From the NCBI GenBank assembly GCA_003427395.1, contig BFEA01000012.1:3126622-3177504 (forward strand): a stretch of DNA of 50,883 nt, in the 5' to 3' direction. Under the pieces are notes generated by a model, which saw only the letters and a list, made by a program, of their open reading frames with translations, did no database searches and was not told the DNA's origin. The translations under genes and the position numbers were made by a program. Shown here piece after piece: positions 47,798 through 50,883 of this stretch; the first letter of the stretch is position 1; each line of letters begins with the position of its first letter. The stretch is from Chara braunii. Taxonomy: Eukaryota > Plantae > Charophyceae.

Positions 47798-48000
47798 CTC
47801 CCGGTTTCTGGTTTCAGTTAGTCAGAGGAATGGGATGCTGGTCCCGGTTTCCAGCACAGTGTTTTTTCTCTGATTGTCTCATGCTCAGGTCTTTGTCTCA
47901 AACTTTCACCCACGAAGTTCATAAGGGACGCTGAGCCCAGTTCTCAGCACGTGATGCTCCCNACGAATAGATTGGAGCCTGAGTTTAAAAAAAAAAAAAA
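47798..48000 (+). mobile_element. ~200-bp LINE 3'-end insertion
   Basis: 11-bp TSD AAAGGAACAGA (47787-47797 / 48001-48011), two copies of the GGGAC-hairpin motif, poly(A). Confidence 0.75.
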
Positions 48001-48765
48001 AAAGGAACAGATCTGTGTAACCGAGGAGTGCGTACGGCCATGTCGCTCTGCTTTTTTTTTTTGTTTGTTTGTTTTGTTTTTAGTTTTTCACTGCCATGTC
48101 GCTCTGCTGAGAACATGTCTGTTCAGTTTCCTGGGAAGTTCTAAAGGATTGAAGGAATGACTACCTTCTTCCCCCAAATACAACGTATGGTCATTTTAGC
48201 TGTATCTAGACTGAAAGATGCCTCAAATGCAGCTATAATGACCGTACGTTGTATTCGGGGGAAGAAGGTTCCGAAATGGAACACCAGTACTTTGTGTTTC
48301 TCTTCATACCCCCTGCTCATCTCCCTGCCACTGCCTATTCTAGCTAAAACACAAAGAGATTTGAAGACACCAGGCTGGAAACCGGGTCCAGTGTCCCATA
48401 GGCCATAGACCACTAGTATCAAGAAAAGGCTGGAAGCCGGGCCCACCAGGCTCGGGCTACCTAACCCAGTGGCCCTGGCTGGCCCCGGGCCCTCCCAGCA
48501 GTAGGCATTCTCAGGCACAAATATAGATGGAGTGGCCAGCAGTAGGCTTACTAGGGGAGGCTGCTTATATCACCCCCCCTAGTAGGCGCGCCATGGCCTC
48601 GTTTCAAAAAAAGAAAAAAACAAAGTGCTTCTCTTCAAAGTTCATACTAAGTTCATAGGCATTATTTGTTTTGCGGCTTTTGCCAGATTGCAGTAAAGAA
48701 ACAATGTGGGAAATATGACTAATGTTGCCCCCCTTGGTTGGCGCATGGATGTGTTTTGGCCACAG

Positions 48766-48882
48766 AGGTGCACCCTCACTTGCCGCGAGATCATGGCTGC
48801 TGTGCAACTTGTCCTCGGGGGAGAGCTTTCCAAGCATGCGATCCACCTGGCAACAGAGGTTCTCACCTTATTCAGTCAATGA
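48766..48882 (+). CDS. H2B: Histone H2B variant, last exon ([38 protein letters not shown])
   Basis: ccacag acceptor, phase 0; matches [38 protein letters not shown]. Absent from the ORF track. Confidence 0.9.
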   Translation, partial: [38 protein letters not shown]

Positions 48883-48931
48883 TTGTCCAAAGTTGAAAAC
48901 TGATATCCTTCTGCATTTGAGAAGCCATCAT

Positions 48932-48993
<62 letters not shown>

Positions 48994-50163
48994 TGTCTTG
49001 TATGCGCGTGCGCCATGGTCCTGCACACCCAGACCCACACACAATCTTTGTGTGTGTGTGTCTGAAACAAACATGCAAACACACTCTCGTAGCCAGTCGC
49101 TCACTTCCTCTGTGGCTCTCTTTTCCTTGTTCGGATCGCACATTTGGCCACTTGTACCGTGGAGAAGAGGCATGTGGAAGTTTGGGTGTGCCCGTCATGT
49201 GAAGCAATGTACATAGTCCACTATGAAGGTGCTAGGTTTAAGAGATGAGATGGTAGACACTGTATGATTTTCCAGTAGTATCTTGGGAAGCTTATATTTG
49301 AAAATGGGGCCTGGCCTGTAGAACAGCCTGGCCCATAGAGCAAGTAGTATGTAATCCACAGGGCGATGAGGAAGTGAGGACGATATTCTGGTTTTCCACT
49401 CTCAGACTGTACATTCCACAGGGTGCTAATCCTGATCACCTAGTAGCAGACATCCTTGTGACATCGCTTTTATTCCCTTTTACTTATGCTTCTAGTAGTG
49501 TAGACCCTCTTGGACACCTTTTGCACTTTCTTTTCTCATCCTTTCAAGATCTGATTCAGAAGGTCAGCTGAGAACTCGCTATTCGTCTTCAATATGGAGA
49601 ATGCCGCAGAAGAACGTTCAACGAGCTTCGACGAAGCAGATGCAGCCACTTTGGCTGGCCAACCTGGCACAACATATGGCCAGTGTCACAGTTTGATTTT
49701 TGCCCTTTTTCATCTGTGAACATTTTCAATAAGAAGACTTTCCCCTCAATAGCCCACCACAATGGCCCCTGCAGCCTCTCATTGCACTAGGATAGGTGCT
49801 CTTTTTGGGGTCAAAAACATATTCATGTTCAATCATGCTCTCGTTGGTCGTCATTGGGCTTATTACTCTCCTTCGGACTACTCCAGTTTTCATCTGCTTC
49901 CTGACGTTTAGAGCCTCCGGTTAACAAATCAATGTCCATGAAATGCTTTGTACTAAGATCGTAGTCAAATCGTACGGATGGCTACATGCCGCGGGGTCGC
50001 TATTGGTGTAGTTGGTTGTACTTTTTCGCCGCAGAAACAGTGCAAAGCTCCAATCTATTATTGGGACCTGCATTTGGTTACCAGCCCCGCACCATCAGGT
50101 AGGTTTGTATCATTCATCTGCCAATGAGGCATCAGAGTCTGGTTTGAAATGGTTCCCCAACCA

Positions 50164-50245
50164 TCCTTTGGGACAGCTGTGAAAATTGGAAGGATAGCAC
50201 GGACCCTTTGCGAAGATCACACACATGAAAGGATGGATGTCCAAT
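50164..50245 (+). pseudogene. U6: Diverged U6-derived sequence lacking the ACAGAGA box
   Basis: TCCTTTGGGACA..AAAATTGGAA.GATAGCA.GGACCCT..GCGAAGAT.ACAC.CAT.AA..GTCCAAT is collinear with plant U6. Confidence 0.6.
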
Positions 50246-50360
50246 CTGGGTAGCATCCTGTACGCATATGCAGGGAGTACAGTGTACGTACTCCGGACTA
50301 CAGGTACTAACATTGGAGTACACGCACTTGCTGAAAATCGCGTGCACGCATACAAAAACT

Positions 50361-50540
50361 CCTCCTGATGAGTCGGTGAAACTCCGACGAAACAGTTTAT
50401 CACAGCCCCTCGTTTGTTGTCCTCTTCTCCTCTCTGCCTAAAGGTTGAGCGCCGGCTGCCCCCATCCCCGTGTGTCACAAGGGCCCACTTGCACGCAGCC
50501 AAAAGGCAAAGAGCTAAAGAAAAGGAGGAGGAAACCAAAG
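50361..50540 (+). mobile_element. Second copy of the hammerhead-bearing repeat (5'-truncated ribozyme)
   Basis: CCTCCTGATGAGTCGGTGAAACTCCGACGAAACAGTTT plus downstream similarity to 61-105 and 281-375; lacks the 5' strands of stems I and III. Confidence 0.85.
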
Positions 50541-50689
50541 CTCACAGAGGCAAGAGAAAGAGAAAGGGATTCAGTCAAAGAAAGGACAAGGGAAGAGGAA
50601 GGCCTATCAGTCAAACAAAGCAAATGACACATCCCATCGTTTTTTGAACTTTTTTCTTTTCTTCGGGAATTTGTTCTTTTTTTCTTTCC

Positions 50690-50883
50690 TCTTCTTCTTC
50701 TTCTTCTTCTTCTTCTTCTTCTTCTTCTTCTTCTTCTTCTTCTTCTTCATCATCATCCTTTTCTTTGTTTCCTTCTTCTTCTTCTTCTTCTTCTTCTTCT
50801 TCTTCTTCTTCTTCTTCTTCTTCTTCTTCTTCCTTTTCTTTGTTTTCTTCTTCTTCTTCTTCTTCTTCTTCTTCTTCTTCTTC
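50690..50883. repeat. (TTC)n microsatellite
   Basis: Directly visible. Confidence 0.95.

Noticed and set aside
48883-48935. Histone 3' stem-loop after the H2B stop
   Set aside because: Only a weak CTTCT/AGAAG pairing; no GGYYYTTYT-RRRCC-type 6-bp/4-nt consensus.
49549-49697. Exon-like frame downstream of H2B
   Set aside because: No recognisable homology or partner exon; H2B already terminates at 48882.
1-50540. Whole window as one giant element bounded by two hammerhead direct repeats
   Set aside because: The interval holds ordinary host genes and unrelated TEs. The copies are diverged and differently truncated, which fits a dispersed repeat.

Overview
Repeat-rich eukaryotic genomic DNA with five N-gaps and many microsatellites. 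The plant-type U6 relics, LINE types and very large TE-filled introns suggest a green-lineage organism, possibly a streptophyte alga; this is an inference. The ORF track misses two spliced + strand host genes. (1) A short coiled-coil gene with exons between ~3.5 and 14.0 kb. Its joined exons read ...NAKLKQERTVLVNNLSSIFK|TAQLEIKRKDMFIKELREE, which matches the N-terminal Lsm11-binding domain of FLASH/CASP8AP2, a histone pre-mRNA processing factor. (2) A highly divergent histone H2B variant in three exons (27270-27821, 30160-30273, 48766-48882). It has a long disordered N-tail, no C-terminal ubiquitination lysine and an 18.5-kb second intron. The rest is mobile DNA. This includes four large L1-like LINE copies (one full length with TSDs), short LINE 3' fragments sharing a covarying RNA stem-loop, a 2.7-kb solo-LTR-like element, a decayed Ty3/Gypsy pol fragment, MITEs and three U6 snRNA relics. 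A Penelope-like repeat carries a complete type III hammerhead ribozyme at 4-63, with a truncated second copy at 50361.
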